Below are positions 16,213 through 24,500 of a stretch of DNA of 32,000 nt, piece by piece; position 1 is the first letter of the stretch, and every line of letters starts with the position of its first letter. The stretch comes from an archaeon (lineage in GTDB: Archaea; Iainarchaeota; Iainarchaeia; Iainarchaeales; CSSED10-239), in NCBI GenBank assembly GCA_041657425.1, contig JBBABY010000007.1:30001-62000 (forward strand), given 5' to 3'. The position numbers were made by a program, and so were the translations under genes. The notes under the pieces were generated by a model that was not told where the DNA came from, searched no databases, and was given only the letters and a program-made list of their open reading frames with translations.

Positions 16213-16563
16213 ATGGGAAAAACATATATAGAAACAATCAAGTACATGATTGTTGCTGATTTTGAAGTTAATGGTTTAGTTGAAAGACCAGATATAATTG
16301 GAGCCATTTTTGGACAATCAGAAGGTCTTTTAGGAGCAAACTTAGACATTAAAGAATTACAACAAAATGGAAAGATTGGAAGAATAGAAATAGAATATAC
16401 ACAGAATCAAAATAAAGTTAGAGGAATATTAAAGCTACCATGTAGTGTTTCTATGGTTGAAACAGCAATCATTGGTGCTTCAATTGAAACTATTGAAAAA
16501 GTTGGTCCTTGTGATGCTTATTTTAAAATTAAACAAATTGAAGACACAAGAGGACTTAAGTGA
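16213..16563 (+). CDS. dnaG: archaeal DnaG primase, N-terminal domain segment, ending at an in-frame TGA
   Basis: MIVADFEVNGLVERPDIIGAIFGQSEGLLG is the conserved archaeal DnaG N-terminus. GGAG precedes ATG 16213. Confidence 0.8.
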   Translation: MGKTYIETIKYMIVADFEVNGLVERPDIIGAIFGQSEGLLGANLDIKELQQNGKIGRIEIEYTQNQNKVRGILKLPCSVSMVETAIIGASIETIEKVGPCDAYFKIKQIEDTRGLK

Positions 16564-18252
16564 CAACAAATTAAAGAAAGAGCAATTGAGTTACTTGGAA
16601 GATTAATGCAAGAAGAAATTCCAGACACTAAGGAGTTAATGGAAGAAATAATGGATACTTTTAAAACAAAAGACATTATTTCATTTGGTCCAGATAAATT
16701 AGCAGCAGGTCCAACAGTTGAATCAAGTAAAGAATTAATTGTTGTGGAAGGAAGAGCAGATGTTTTAACTCTTTTAAGATATGGTTTTACAAATGCAATC
16801 GCAACAGGTGGAGCAAGAATACCAAAATCTTTAGAAGAGATATCAAGACTTAAGTCAGTAACCATTTTCTTAGATGGAGACCATGGTGCAGATATTCAAC
16901 AACAACAATTGTTAAAGTCAATTAAAGTTGAATACATTGCAAGAGCTCCAGATGGAAAAGAAGTTGAAGAATTAACACAGAAGGAAATTAATCAGGCTTT
17001 AAGAAGAAGAATAAAAGCAAGTTATGTAACCAGTGGTAATGGTACAAACAATAATGGACATATATCAACTAACCATCAAAGTACAACAGAACCTTTTGAA
17101 AACAAACAACAACCACAATTCAATCAATTAACAAAGCAACCAGGAATTGTTAAAGCCACAAAGTTTTCAACAACAAATGATCATAAAGTTGCTCCAAGAA
17201 CTTTTGAACCAAGAGGATTTGAAAACAATTCCAGATCTTTTGATAGTAAGCCGTCATTTGAGAATAGGCAACCTTTTGAAAATAGATCTCAAAATAAATT
17301 TTCTCAAAATTCAGGAAGTTACAGACAATCACAAGAACATAGTCCTGTAGCTGACGTGTTTAGTCAATTACTTTCCGAAATTCCAAATATCGAAAGAGTT
17401 GATATGAGTAGAGAAGATAGAGGCGGTTCAAGAGATCGCGGATCTAGAGACCATGGTTCAAGGGATAACCAAAGAAGAAATGGAGGAAATGATTTTTCAA
17501 GATCTCAAGGAAATAATCGTTTTGAAAATAATACAAGACCATTACAAGAAAAAACCAATTTCAACAGACCAGAAAAGTCAATTGTAGATATGGTAAGAGA
17601 AGAAACTGAAAGTTTCCATTCTAAATTAAATTTACCAATGGATAATTTCAAACCACAAGAAACAATTGTTCCACAGATAAGAGCAGAAAACTTACAAGTA
17701 AAATTAGATGTCCCACACACAAGAGGAATGGAAGTTCCAAACAAAGTAATGGACACTTCAAAAATACAACCTGCTGAGCAAATACAAGAAACAAGAGTAA
17801 TTTCAAAAACTACAATAAGTAAATCAGATTCTTCTGTAAAGCAAGACATTGTAAAAAAGATAACTGAGATTATTGAGAAGAAACAAATTGAAGAAAAGCC
17901 AATAATCAAAGAGGAACCAAAGAAGAAAGTAATTGCTCCTCTTTCAAAAATTACTGATGAAATCAAAACAAATCTTGGTAAGATTGTAGATGATATTAAG
18001 GATAAGAAAGAAGCAAGACTCTTAAATGAAAAATTCAGAAGGATAAGTAGCTGTAGTGCTGCTGATCTTGAGCACAAGCTAAGAGACTTTACTTCTGATA
18101 AGTTATTTGCTATAGCAGTAGATCAAGATATGAATGATACAATTAAAGACTTGGCAAAAGAAAAAGGTGCAAAGATAATAGTTGTAAGAAATTCAAATGG
18201 AGTAAAAGATAGTCAAATACATGTTCTTACATATCAAGAAATAAATAAATAA
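16564..18252 (+). CDS. dnaG: archaeal DnaG primase, continuation in the same frame (TOPRIM domain, long low-complexity insert, conserved C-terminal domain); first ATG at 16606
   Basis: QQIKERAIELL continues the DnaG homology directly after the TGA. TOPRIM motifs LIVVEGRADV and IFLDGDHGAD. Confidence 0.8.
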   Translation, partial: QQIKERAIELLGRLMQEEIPDTKELMEEIMDTFKTKDIISFGPDKLAAGPTVESSKELIVVEGRADVLTLLRYGFTNAIATGGARIPKSLEEISRLKSVTIFLDGDHGADIQQQQLLKSIKVEYIARAPDGKEVEELTQKEINQALRRRIKASYVTSGNGTNNNGHISTNHQSTTEPFENKQQPQFNQLTKQPGIVKATKFSTTNDHKVAPRTFEPRGFENNSRSFDSKPSFENRQPFENRSQNKFSQNSGSYRQSQEHSPVADVFSQLLSEIPNIERVDMSREDRGGSRDRGSRDHGSRDNQRRNGGNDFSRSQGNNRFENNTRPLQEKTNFNRPEKSIVDMVREETESFHSKLNLPMDNFKPQETIVPQIRAENLQVKLDVPHTRGMEVPNKVMDTSKIQPAEQIQETRVISKTTISKSDSSVKQDIVKKITEIIEKKQIEEKPIIKEEPKKKVIAPLSKITDEIKTNLGKIVDDIKDKKEARLLNEKFRRISSCSAADLEHKLRDFTSDKLFAIAVDQDMNDTIKDLAKEKGAKIIVVRNSNGVKDSQIHVLTYQEINK

Positions 18253-18269
18253 AAAAATAAAAGAGAAAT

Positions 18270-18656
18270 TTATCTCTTTTTCTTTTTTACAATTTTCTTA
18301 TTCTCAATAACTTTAGGAACTGGTTTTGTTTCTACATGTCTATGATAGAAAGCAGTACCAACTATTAGAATTGTGATTGCTAGTAGTGTTTTCATTAATG
18401 AATTTAAATATATCATTAGATACTGGCTTGTTGATAAATCTAATTGATTTTCTCTAATTTTAAAACCAAGTCCTGTTGATGCATTTTCTTTACATAATGC
18501 AAGTGTTGCGTCTGTATCTGAAATATCAATACAAGTTCTATACTCTGTAATGTAGTCCACTCTATTGAAAAGATCAACAAGTGAAAACACAAGTAGCAAT
18601 ATAGACAGAGTTATAATAAACGCGCCAATTGTTTTAGTTGTATTTAATTTATTCAT
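18270..18656 (-). CDS. hypothetical membrane protein (two hydrophobic segments)
   Basis: ORF track. Hydrophobic segments at both ends and a Lys-rich tail. Confidence 0.5.
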   Translation of the reverse strand: MNKLNTTKTIGAFIITLSILLLVFSLVDLFNRVDYITEYRTCIDISDTDATLALCKENASTGLGFKIRENQLDLSTSQYLMIYLNSLMKTLLAITILIVGTAFYHRHVETKPVPKVIENKKIVKKKKR

Positions 18657-18757
18657 AATTTCCCCCTTTTAATTAAATATAATAATATTATTATGGTGTT
18701 ATGTATTTAAATATTTTTTTGTTTTAGTATTATATATAGTTTCTAGTTTTTTAGAAA

Positions 18758-18830
18758 GGATCTGTGGTCTAGCGGTTATGATACCACCTTTACAAGGTGG
18801 GGGTCGGCGGTCCGATTCCGTCCAGATCCA
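18758..18830 (+). tRNA. tRNA-Val (anticodon TAC)
   Basis: Acceptor GGATCTG/CAGATCC, anticodon arm CCACC-TTTACAA-GGTGG. TATA-like tatatata about 27 nt upstream. Confidence 0.88.
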
Positions 18831-18920
18831 TTTTTATTTAACATTTGGTTTCGTATCAGTGAAGTGTAGTCAGTACCATATAAATTCTGGCTGGGCGCGA
18901 TCTGACCGCAACCGGCTCAT

Positions 18921-19002
18921 GCAGGAATTCCCGAGTGGCCAAAGGGGCACGGCTAAGAACCGTGTGCTTAGTGCTTCGCAGGTTCGAATCCTGTTTCCTG
19001 CA
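18921..19002 (+). tRNA. class II tRNA-Leu, anticodon reads AAG
   Basis: Acceptor GCAGGAA/TTCCTGC, discriminator A, anticodon arm CACGG-CTAAGAA-CCGTG, 13-nt variable arm, T-arm GCAGG-TTCGAAT-CCTGT. Confidence 0.8.
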
Positions 19003-19028
19003 TATTTTATTATTTAAATGGCTATTTT

Positions 19029-19751
19029 ATGAATAAAATTTATTCAGTCTATACTACAATGAATCTTTCTCGAATAAAGAAATATTCTAGGGCCAAATTT
19101 GGAGAATTAGATATTAACTTTTATTTTGCAGAAAAAATAAGTAAACTAATTTATAAGAACGTACTTTCTAAAAAAAAGAAATGCGTAATTTATTTTACAA
19201 AAAGAGAACCTAGAATTTCAATATATACTAATAATTCTGAAATTCTCGCAAAAATGGTTTCTAAAATTTTAAAGTTACCATGTATTATTGGTAAATATAA
19301 AAGAAGATATAATAAGAAACATTTTTATGATAATCAAATAAAAAGAAAAAGTATTGCTACAACTAGAATTAATGCAGAAATTAAAGAGAAATATAAGAAT
19401 TATACTGTAATTATGGTTGATGATTCAATACTTACAGGAACAGTTTTTAAAGCATCATTAAACGCACTTAAGTCTACGACTAAAGACGTGTATTTATTTA
19501 CCATCGCGAATTTAAAAGATTGTAAATTTTCAGAAAAAGAAGTTAATAACTTTTATTATTCTTTGAAAGGTATAGATTATTTAATTTTTCTTCTTAATCT
19601 GAAAAAACCAATTATTTCTGGACAATTGTTGAGAACAATTGATGATTTGAATAATACAGAAGTAAAAAGATTATTAAAAAATATTCCCGTTACAGAATCC
19701 AGTTTACTTAAAAAAGCATTTAAACACTATATTGGAAGAAAATTAAATTAA
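19029..19751 (+). CDS. phosphoribosyltransferase-domain protein (ComF-like?)
   Basis: PRPP-binding type motif YTVIMVDDSILTGTVF. Confidence 0.45.
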   Translation: MNKIYSVYTTMNLSRIKKYSRAKFGELDINFYFAEKISKLIYKNVLSKKKKCVIYFTKREPRISIYTNNSEILAKMVSKILKLPCIIGKYKRRYNKKHFYDNQIKRKSIATTRINAEIKEKYKNYTVIMVDDSILTGTVFKASLNALKSTTKDVYLFTIANLKDCKFSEKEVNNFYYSLKGIDYLIFLLNLKKPIISGQLLRTIDDLNNTEVKRLLKNIPVTESSLLKKAFKHYIGRKLN

Positions 19752-20393
19752 TTATTTCTTTTTCTTTTTATAGATTATATATGAGTAAATAAAGGTTATC
19801 AAAAGAACCGCAATGATTGCAATAAAGAAAATGATTGTAAAGTATTGAAGATAAAATACTGCAGTTAGAGTAACTATTCCAAGAATAATAAATAACCAGC
19901 CCCCAAGTTTGTGTGTCTTTTCCCAAACTTCTTGATTAAGTAATGTCCAAGGTGTTCTTATCCCAAAGAATGGATTTCTTTGTTTTATACCTCTAAGGAT
20001 AATTCCAAGAGCAATAAATAATGCAGCAGTTGCAGGGATAATAAAATAACTCATATTAAATTTTATCCCAACATTGTAAATTAAAGAAAGAATAGAAACA
20101 TAGAATAAAAATACCATTGTCATGATGATTGTCATATTTAGTTGATTCTTCATATCTTTGTTATCAAAGTATTCAGTTCTTGAAAACATTGCAAAAACCG
20201 CAAGTAAAATAATAAAGAAAATTGGTAAGATTGTTACTCCCCAAAACTTAGAAGAAAATCCATCAGCCACACCTTGGGCGTTCCAGTGTGTTGCAATTAT
20301 TTCAGGCATTGCAGGATAAAGACTGATTGCAAGTATAGAATATATTACTAAAAGCACCATAATTAATATTTCAACTTTATTTATTTTAAACAT
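19752..20393 (-). CDS. SdpI/YhfL-family integral membrane protein (DUF1648 plus SdpI)
   Basis: IATHWNAQGVADGF and GIRTPWTLLNQEVWEKTHKLGGW motifs. Multiple TM segments. Confidence 0.65.
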   Translation of the reverse strand: MFKINKVEILIMVLLVIYSILAISLYPAMPEIIATHWNAQGVADGFSSKFWGVTILPIFFIILLAVFAMFSRTEYFDNKDMKNQLNMTIIMTMVFLFYVSILSLIYNVGIKFNMSYFIIPATAALFIALGIILRGIKQRNPFFGIRTPWTLLNQEVWEKTHKLGGWLFIILGIVTLTAVFYLQYFTIIFFIAIIAVLLITFIYSYIIYKKKKK

Positions 20394-20469
20394 ATTTAGA
20401 TTAAATATAATTAGTATTATAAAATGTTGTTTCTTTTATTTTATCTATAACTATAGAAAGTAATTATAT

Positions 20470-21717
20470 ATGAAAAAATTATTATTAATTGTATTATTAT
20501 TAAGTTTATTATTAACTACGCTTTATGCAGAAGAAAATGATAATGCGTTAGGTTTTTCAGCAATGAAAACAAAGTATATATCTGTAGATATAAATATTGA
20601 ACTACCAATCTATTTTTCTGGGTACACTAGTAATGATGAATTCACATATAGAACTGCAGTATTTTATGATTCAATAGCACAGCAAGCAGATTTTGAAGCT
20701 TATTATTTGGATAATAATCAAAATAAAGTTTTTGCTGAAATAGTTTCGGAAAATGGAAACAAATATGCAGTATTTAAGATTAAACCTATAACTAGAGAGG
20801 AATATATTTTCTATGTGTCTGGGACTATAATTTCTGAAAATAAAATTGTATTAACAAATAGTACAGGAAATTTAAATGATGTTCCTGAAGACACAAAAGA
20901 ATATATTAAAGCAACAAGATTCATACAATCTGATTCTAGTGAAATAAGAACTGTTTCTAATTTTATAAAAGAAAGTGAAGATCCTTTAGAGAATTTAGTG
21001 GCAATTACTAATTGGGTGCATAGTTATGTTACTTATGATTTTGATTATGTTGAAGTTGTAAATGATTCAAAAAAAGTTTTAGCAGATAGAAAAGGAGTTT
21101 GTGATGAATTCGCGATATTAGAAGCAGCAATCTTAAGAGCCCAAGGCTATCCAGTAAAATATGTTGTAGGTTATGCAAATACTAGTCAAGAATGGGGGCC
21201 ACACGCGTGGTTAGAGGTTTATGTACCAGGACAAGAATGGATACCTGTTGATCCAACATATAATGAAGTTGGATTTGTAGATTCCAGTCATATTGTTTTA
21301 GAAAAACTAAAAGATCCTGTAGAATCAAAAGACAGTGTTTCTTCAACAAATAAAGTGAGTGTAGTATTTGGAGAAAAAATTCAGGATTTTAAACACAATC
21401 AAACAAAAAATTTTGAAGAATATGGATATGGAAATGTAATTAATATGGATGTGATTGCTTCAAAAGACGCATTAATGGAAAGTCCATATATTGTTAAATT
21501 AAAATTACAAAATACCACCTCTAATCCTGTTGTAATATTAGTGGTTAGTCAATTAGCTGAAGATTTTGTTCAATTGTTTCCAGAATCTAGAAAAACTACG
21601 TATTACATTAAACCATTTGACAGTAAAGTTGTAGACTATTATTTCTTACTTCCAAAATTGGATAATTCTTATATTTATGGATTTGCATTTTCTTCTCAGT
21701 TTAATGGTGTTGAATAA
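20470..21717 (+). CDS. secreted transglutaminase-like cysteine protease-fold protein, ending at a TAA that is followed by an open same-frame continuation
   Basis: Signal-like N-terminus. RKGVCDEFAILEAAILRAQGYP...HAWLEVYVPGQEWIPVDPT (Cys-His-Asp core). Confidence 0.75.
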   Translation: MKKLLLIVLLLSLLLTTLYAEENDNALGFSAMKTKYISVDINIELPIYFSGYTSNDEFTYRTAVFYDSIAQQADFEAYYLDNNQNKVFAEIVSENGNKYAVFKIKPITREEYIFYVSGTIISENKIVLTNSTGNLNDVPEDTKEYIKATRFIQSDSSEIRTVSNFIKESEDPLENLVAITNWVHSYVTYDFDYVEVVNDSKKVLADRKGVCDEFAILEAAILRAQGYPVKYVVGYANTSQEWGPHAWLEVYVPGQEWIPVDPTYNEVGFVDSSHIVLEKLKDPVESKDSVSSTNKVSVVFGEKIQDFKHNQTKNFEEYGYGNVINMDVIASKDALMESPYIVKLKLQNTTSNPVVILVVSQLAEDFVQLFPESRKTTYYIKPFDSKVVDYYFLLPKLDNSYIYGFAFSSQFNGVE

Positions 21718-22239
21718 ACAGTTAATATTTTTAATAATAAAGGAGTATATCAAGAATTATTTTTTTCTTATAATCCGTTAGTGTATTATAAAAATAATTT
21801 GTTTTATTTTGAAGAAGAGTTTTTCAATTATACAAAAACAGATAAGCATATAGATTTCGAATTGGATTATAATGGAACAAAATATTCTGATAGCCGAACT
21901 ATTCCTAAGGGGGCTGGTATAACATATACTAGATCATTTACACAGTTAGAAAATATAAATTTTAATTACTCTATTTTAGGAGACTATAATGGTGCTAAAG
22001 CAATAGAAGTACTTTCAACAATAGAACCAGTAAAAGTTATAACTGAAAATAAAGAGCCAAGAACGGTAATTGAAGATTCAGAAAAAGATATTAATGAACT
22101 ATTTAAAAGAATTGATAGCCAAAAGATAGATGAAAAACCAAAGATAAATTATACAATTGTTGTTTTTATTTCTTTATTTATGATGTTTATTCTTTATTTG
22201 GTGATTTCTAAAAGCATAAGAACAGCAGGACTACAATAA
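21718..22239 (+). CDS. probable C-terminal part of the transglutaminase-like protein, with a TM anchor (track ORF from GTG 21781)
   Basis: Same frame as 20470-21717 with no stop between 21718 and 22237. No ATG or well-spaced SD. C-terminal INYTIVVFISLFMMFILYLVI anchor. Confidence 0.45.
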   Translation, partial: TVNIFNNKGVYQELFFSYNPLVYYKNNLFYFEEEFFNYTKTDKHIDFELDYNGTKYSDSRTIPKGAGITYTRSFTQLENINFNYSILGDYNGAKAIEVLSTIEPVKVITENKEPRTVIEDSEKDINELFKRIDSQKIDEKPKINYTIVVFISLFMMFILYLVISKSIRTAGLQ

Positions 22240-22283
22240 AAAACAATAGTTTATAAACATTTTTTATATTTATTATATAATAT

Positions 22284-22355
22284 ACGCCCGTAGTATAGTG
22301 GTTAGTATGGGAGCTTGCCAAGCTTTCGGCTCGGGTTCGAATCCCGGCGGGCGTA
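22284..22355 (+). tRNA. tRNA-Gly (anticodon GCC)
   Basis: Acceptor ACGCCCG/CGGGCGT, anticodon arm GGAGC-TTGCCAA-GCTTT, T-arm TCGGG-TTCGAAT-CCCGG. Confidence 0.8.
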
Positions 22356-22370
22356 CTTATTTGGGAAAAT

Positions 22371-22685
22371 ATGAATAATAAAGACGATTACAAGAAAAGG
22401 ATTTCTTTTTTAATTGATTTTGCTATTTCTGAATATAATTTAAAAACAGGAAATCCACACCTTAAAGAATATGTAGAACTTGCTTTTGATATTGCAAAGA
22501 AAATTAATTACAGATTTCCAAAAGAATTACATCTTAAAGTTTGTAAATATTGTTTTACAATAAGAACTACAAAAAATACAAAATATAGAACACAAGTAAT
22601 AATCAAAGATCATAAAAAATCAAAATATATGAAAATACATTGCCTAGAATGTAATAAAATAAAAAAACTAAAAACTAAATTGTAA
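22371..22685 (+). CDS. rnp4: RNase P protein component 4 (Rpp21/Rpr2 family)
   Basis: Helical N-terminus plus a zinc ribbon CKYC...CLEC. Sits in the conserved position upstream of S19e. Confidence 0.65.
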   Translation: MNNKDDYKKRISFLIDFAISEYNLKTGNPHLKEYVELAFDIAKKINYRFPKELHLKVCKYCFTIRTTKNTKYRTQVIIKDHKKSKYMKIHCLECNKIKKLKTKL

Positions 22686-22700
22686 TCTAGAGGCGAGAAC

Positions 22701-23444
22701 ATGAAAATTTCTAAATCCCAAATTAGAATTCCACGAGCTAAATTTTCTAAGTTGAAATCTAAAACTAAATTAAGTTCTGAAGAACAAATAAGAAAAGCAA
22801 TTTCCGAAATTCCACACCCTCCTGAATTTGTTACTGATCCAGAACGAATAAAAAAAATTAAGATGGTGTTTATAACTGCAAATTTAAAAATGTCTAAATT
22901 AAAAGACATCACAGATCCAATAAAGGAAAAAATAGCAAGAACCAATATTTTTTCTCAATTTGAAAAACAATTAGAAAAAGTGGATTTTGTAATTTCTTAT
23001 CAGAAAATTAAAAATTCAAAAATTCCGGCATCTGGATTATTTTTAAATATGCTTGTGAAAGACTACTATTATTTTGTTAATAAAGATTTTAGAACTGAAG
23101 AAACAATGTCTAAGTTGATAAGTGCAGTTAATAGAAAAATGTCTTTTAATAAATACACTGCCGATCAATTAAGAGAATATATAGAAAGATATTACTATGA
23201 ATCAATGTATTTTATTCAAGGAAAAATAATACATGATAGTTTTAAAACTCTGGAAAAAAGAGTGACAGACATTCCCAAAGAAATAAGGGTAGTTGTTACT
23301 GAATATTTAATGGACAGATATATCAATAATTATAAACCTCAAATAATTGAGCACAATAATTCCCAGAAAGTGCGTAGTGATATAATTCCAAATGCAAATG
23401 CAAATCTGTCTATAAGAATATCTTTTTTAGAAGACTTGCTTTAA
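22701..23444 (+). CDS. hypothetical protein
   Basis: ORF track. AGAGGCGA SD-like site upstream. Confidence 0.5.
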   Translation: MKISKSQIRIPRAKFSKLKSKTKLSSEEQIRKAISEIPHPPEFVTDPERIKKIKMVFITANLKMSKLKDITDPIKEKIARTNIFSQFEKQLEKVDFVISYQKIKNSKIPASGLFLNMLVKDYYYFVNKDFRTEETMSKLISAVNRKMSFNKYTADQLREYIERYYYESMYFIQGKIIHDSFKTLEKRVTDIPKEIRVVVTEYLMDRYINNYKPQIIEHNNSQKVRSDIIPNANANLSIRISFLEDLL

Positions 23445-23605
23445 AACAATACATATTTAAATAAAACTAGTCTATAAATATATTATAATACTTGTTTTTA
23501 GACAAAGCATAAGGTTTTGTCAAAAACTCAGCAGAAATGCGAAAATGTTTTCTATAGATACCAAAAGGGTGGTAGAAACAAAGTAAAAAAAGAAAAACAC
23601 TAGAG

Positions 23606-24169
23606 GTGAATATATTGGCTAATGTAAAGGACGTCCCTGCTCAGATAATGATTACAGAAATAGCAAAGGACTTAAAAACAAACAAAAAAGTTAAGATGCC
23701 TGAGTTTGCACAATTTGTAAAAACAGGATGTAGTAGAGAAAGAGCACCACAGGATGCTGATTGGTGGTTTATGAGAATGGCTTCTATTTTAAGAAAAGTT
23801 GCTATTAATGATAAAACAACTGTTAATTCTTTAAGAACATACTACGGTGGAAGAAAGAATAGAGGAGTTAAACCAGAAGAGTTTAGAAAAGCTGGTGGAA
23901 AGATAATTAGAGTATGTTTACAAGATTTAGAGAAATTACAATTAGTTTCAAAATCAGATGAAAAGAAAGGAAGAATAATAACTCCTGCTGGTCAAAAATA
24001 TTTAGATAAGATGGCTACAGAGATATTAAAGGACTTTGATAAATATAAGATAATTAAAAAAGAAAGAGAAATTGTAATTAAAGATACTAAAGAAAAATCA
24101 ACTTTTGATAATACTGCAAAAACAAAAGGAAAGAAAGATCAAAAGAAAAAGCAGGAAGAGGTTGAATAA
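23606..24169 (+). CDS. rps19e: ribosomal protein S19e with a Lys-rich C-terminal extension (start GTG 23606 or TTG 23615)
   Basis: DVPAQIMITEIAKDLK, DADWWFMRMASILRKV, YGGRKNRGVKP, LQDLEKL. Confidence 0.85.
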   Translation: MNILANVKDVPAQIMITEIAKDLKTNKKVKMPEFAQFVKTGCSRERAPQDADWWFMRMASILRKVAINDKTTVNSLRTYYGGRKNRGVKPEEFRKAGGKIIRVCLQDLEKLQLVSKSDEKKGRIITPAGQKYLDKMATEILKDFDKYKIIKKEREIVIKDTKEKSTFDNTAKTKGKKDQKKKQEEVE

Positions 24170-24171
24170 AT

Positions 24172-24483
24172 ATGGCAAGAAATAAAACCAGAGAGAAGAA
24201 AGAATTCTTAATTGCTCAAAGATCTAAAGTTGGTCCAGGTTATTTAAACACTCCTGTTTGGATTATCCAAAAAGCAGGAAAAAGAATTTGGAATAGAAGA
24301 CAAAAAAGAAACTGGAAACAAACAGAGTTTGGAGCAGAATTTACAAAATTACAATTAAAGAAAAAAGATGCTGTAAAGAAAACTGCAAGAATTAGTGGAA
24401 AGAAAGAAAAGACTTCAAGAAGAAGAGTAAGAAGTACAAGAAACACAACAATTGTAAGAAATCCAATAAAGAAGAAAAAATAA
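24172..24483 (+). CDS. rpl39e: ribosomal protein L39e with a ~50-aa basic C-terminal extension
   Basis: KKEFLIAQRSK...TPVWIIQKAGKRIWNRRQKRNWKQTEF matches the L39e core. Position between S19e and L31e. Confidence 0.7.
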   Translation: MARNKTREKKEFLIAQRSKVGPGYLNTPVWIIQKAGKRIWNRRQKRNWKQTEFGAEFTKLQLKKKDAVKKTARISGKKEKTSRRRVRSTRNTTIVRNPIKKKK

Positions 24484-24500
24484 TTAGGATGTGATTAATA

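Noticed and set aside
16561-16563. Genome-wide TGA reassignment (Trp/Gly) or selenocysteine as the explanation for the dnaG TGA
   Set aside because: Trp is encoded by TGG throughout the window, and no other conserved gene here contains an internal TGA. In an AT-rich genome a reassigned TGA should be frequent. Two genes end in TGA-TAA. The aligned position is not a Cys/Sec-type catalytic residue. An isolated event (readthrough, mutation or error) is more likely.
16518-18077. Minus-strand ORFs inside dnaG (16518-16865, 17150-17332 and 17505-18077) and the nested + ORF 17147-17350
   Set aside because: They overlap a gene with clear DnaG homology. They have no independent signals and their composition is consistent with antisense or off-frame reading.
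18778-19017. 79-aa + strand ORF
   Set aside because: It is built entirely from tRNA-Val, the spacer and tRNA-Leu, so it is not coding.
22371-23444. Rpp21 and the following 247-aa ORF share a frame, separated by a TAA and 5 codons; possible third interrupted gene
   Set aside because: Rpp21 is full length with its zinc ribbon complete. The downstream ORF has its own ATG and an AGAGGCGA SD-like site. Same-frame adjacency is expected by chance in one of three gene pairs.
23500-23560. Small hairpins (GACAAA..TTTGTC and AGAAA..TTTCT) in the S19e operon leader as a possible r-protein autoregulatory element
   Set aside because: The stems are short and AT-rich, of a kind expected by chance in this composition, and no supporting repeat or covariation is visible in the window.
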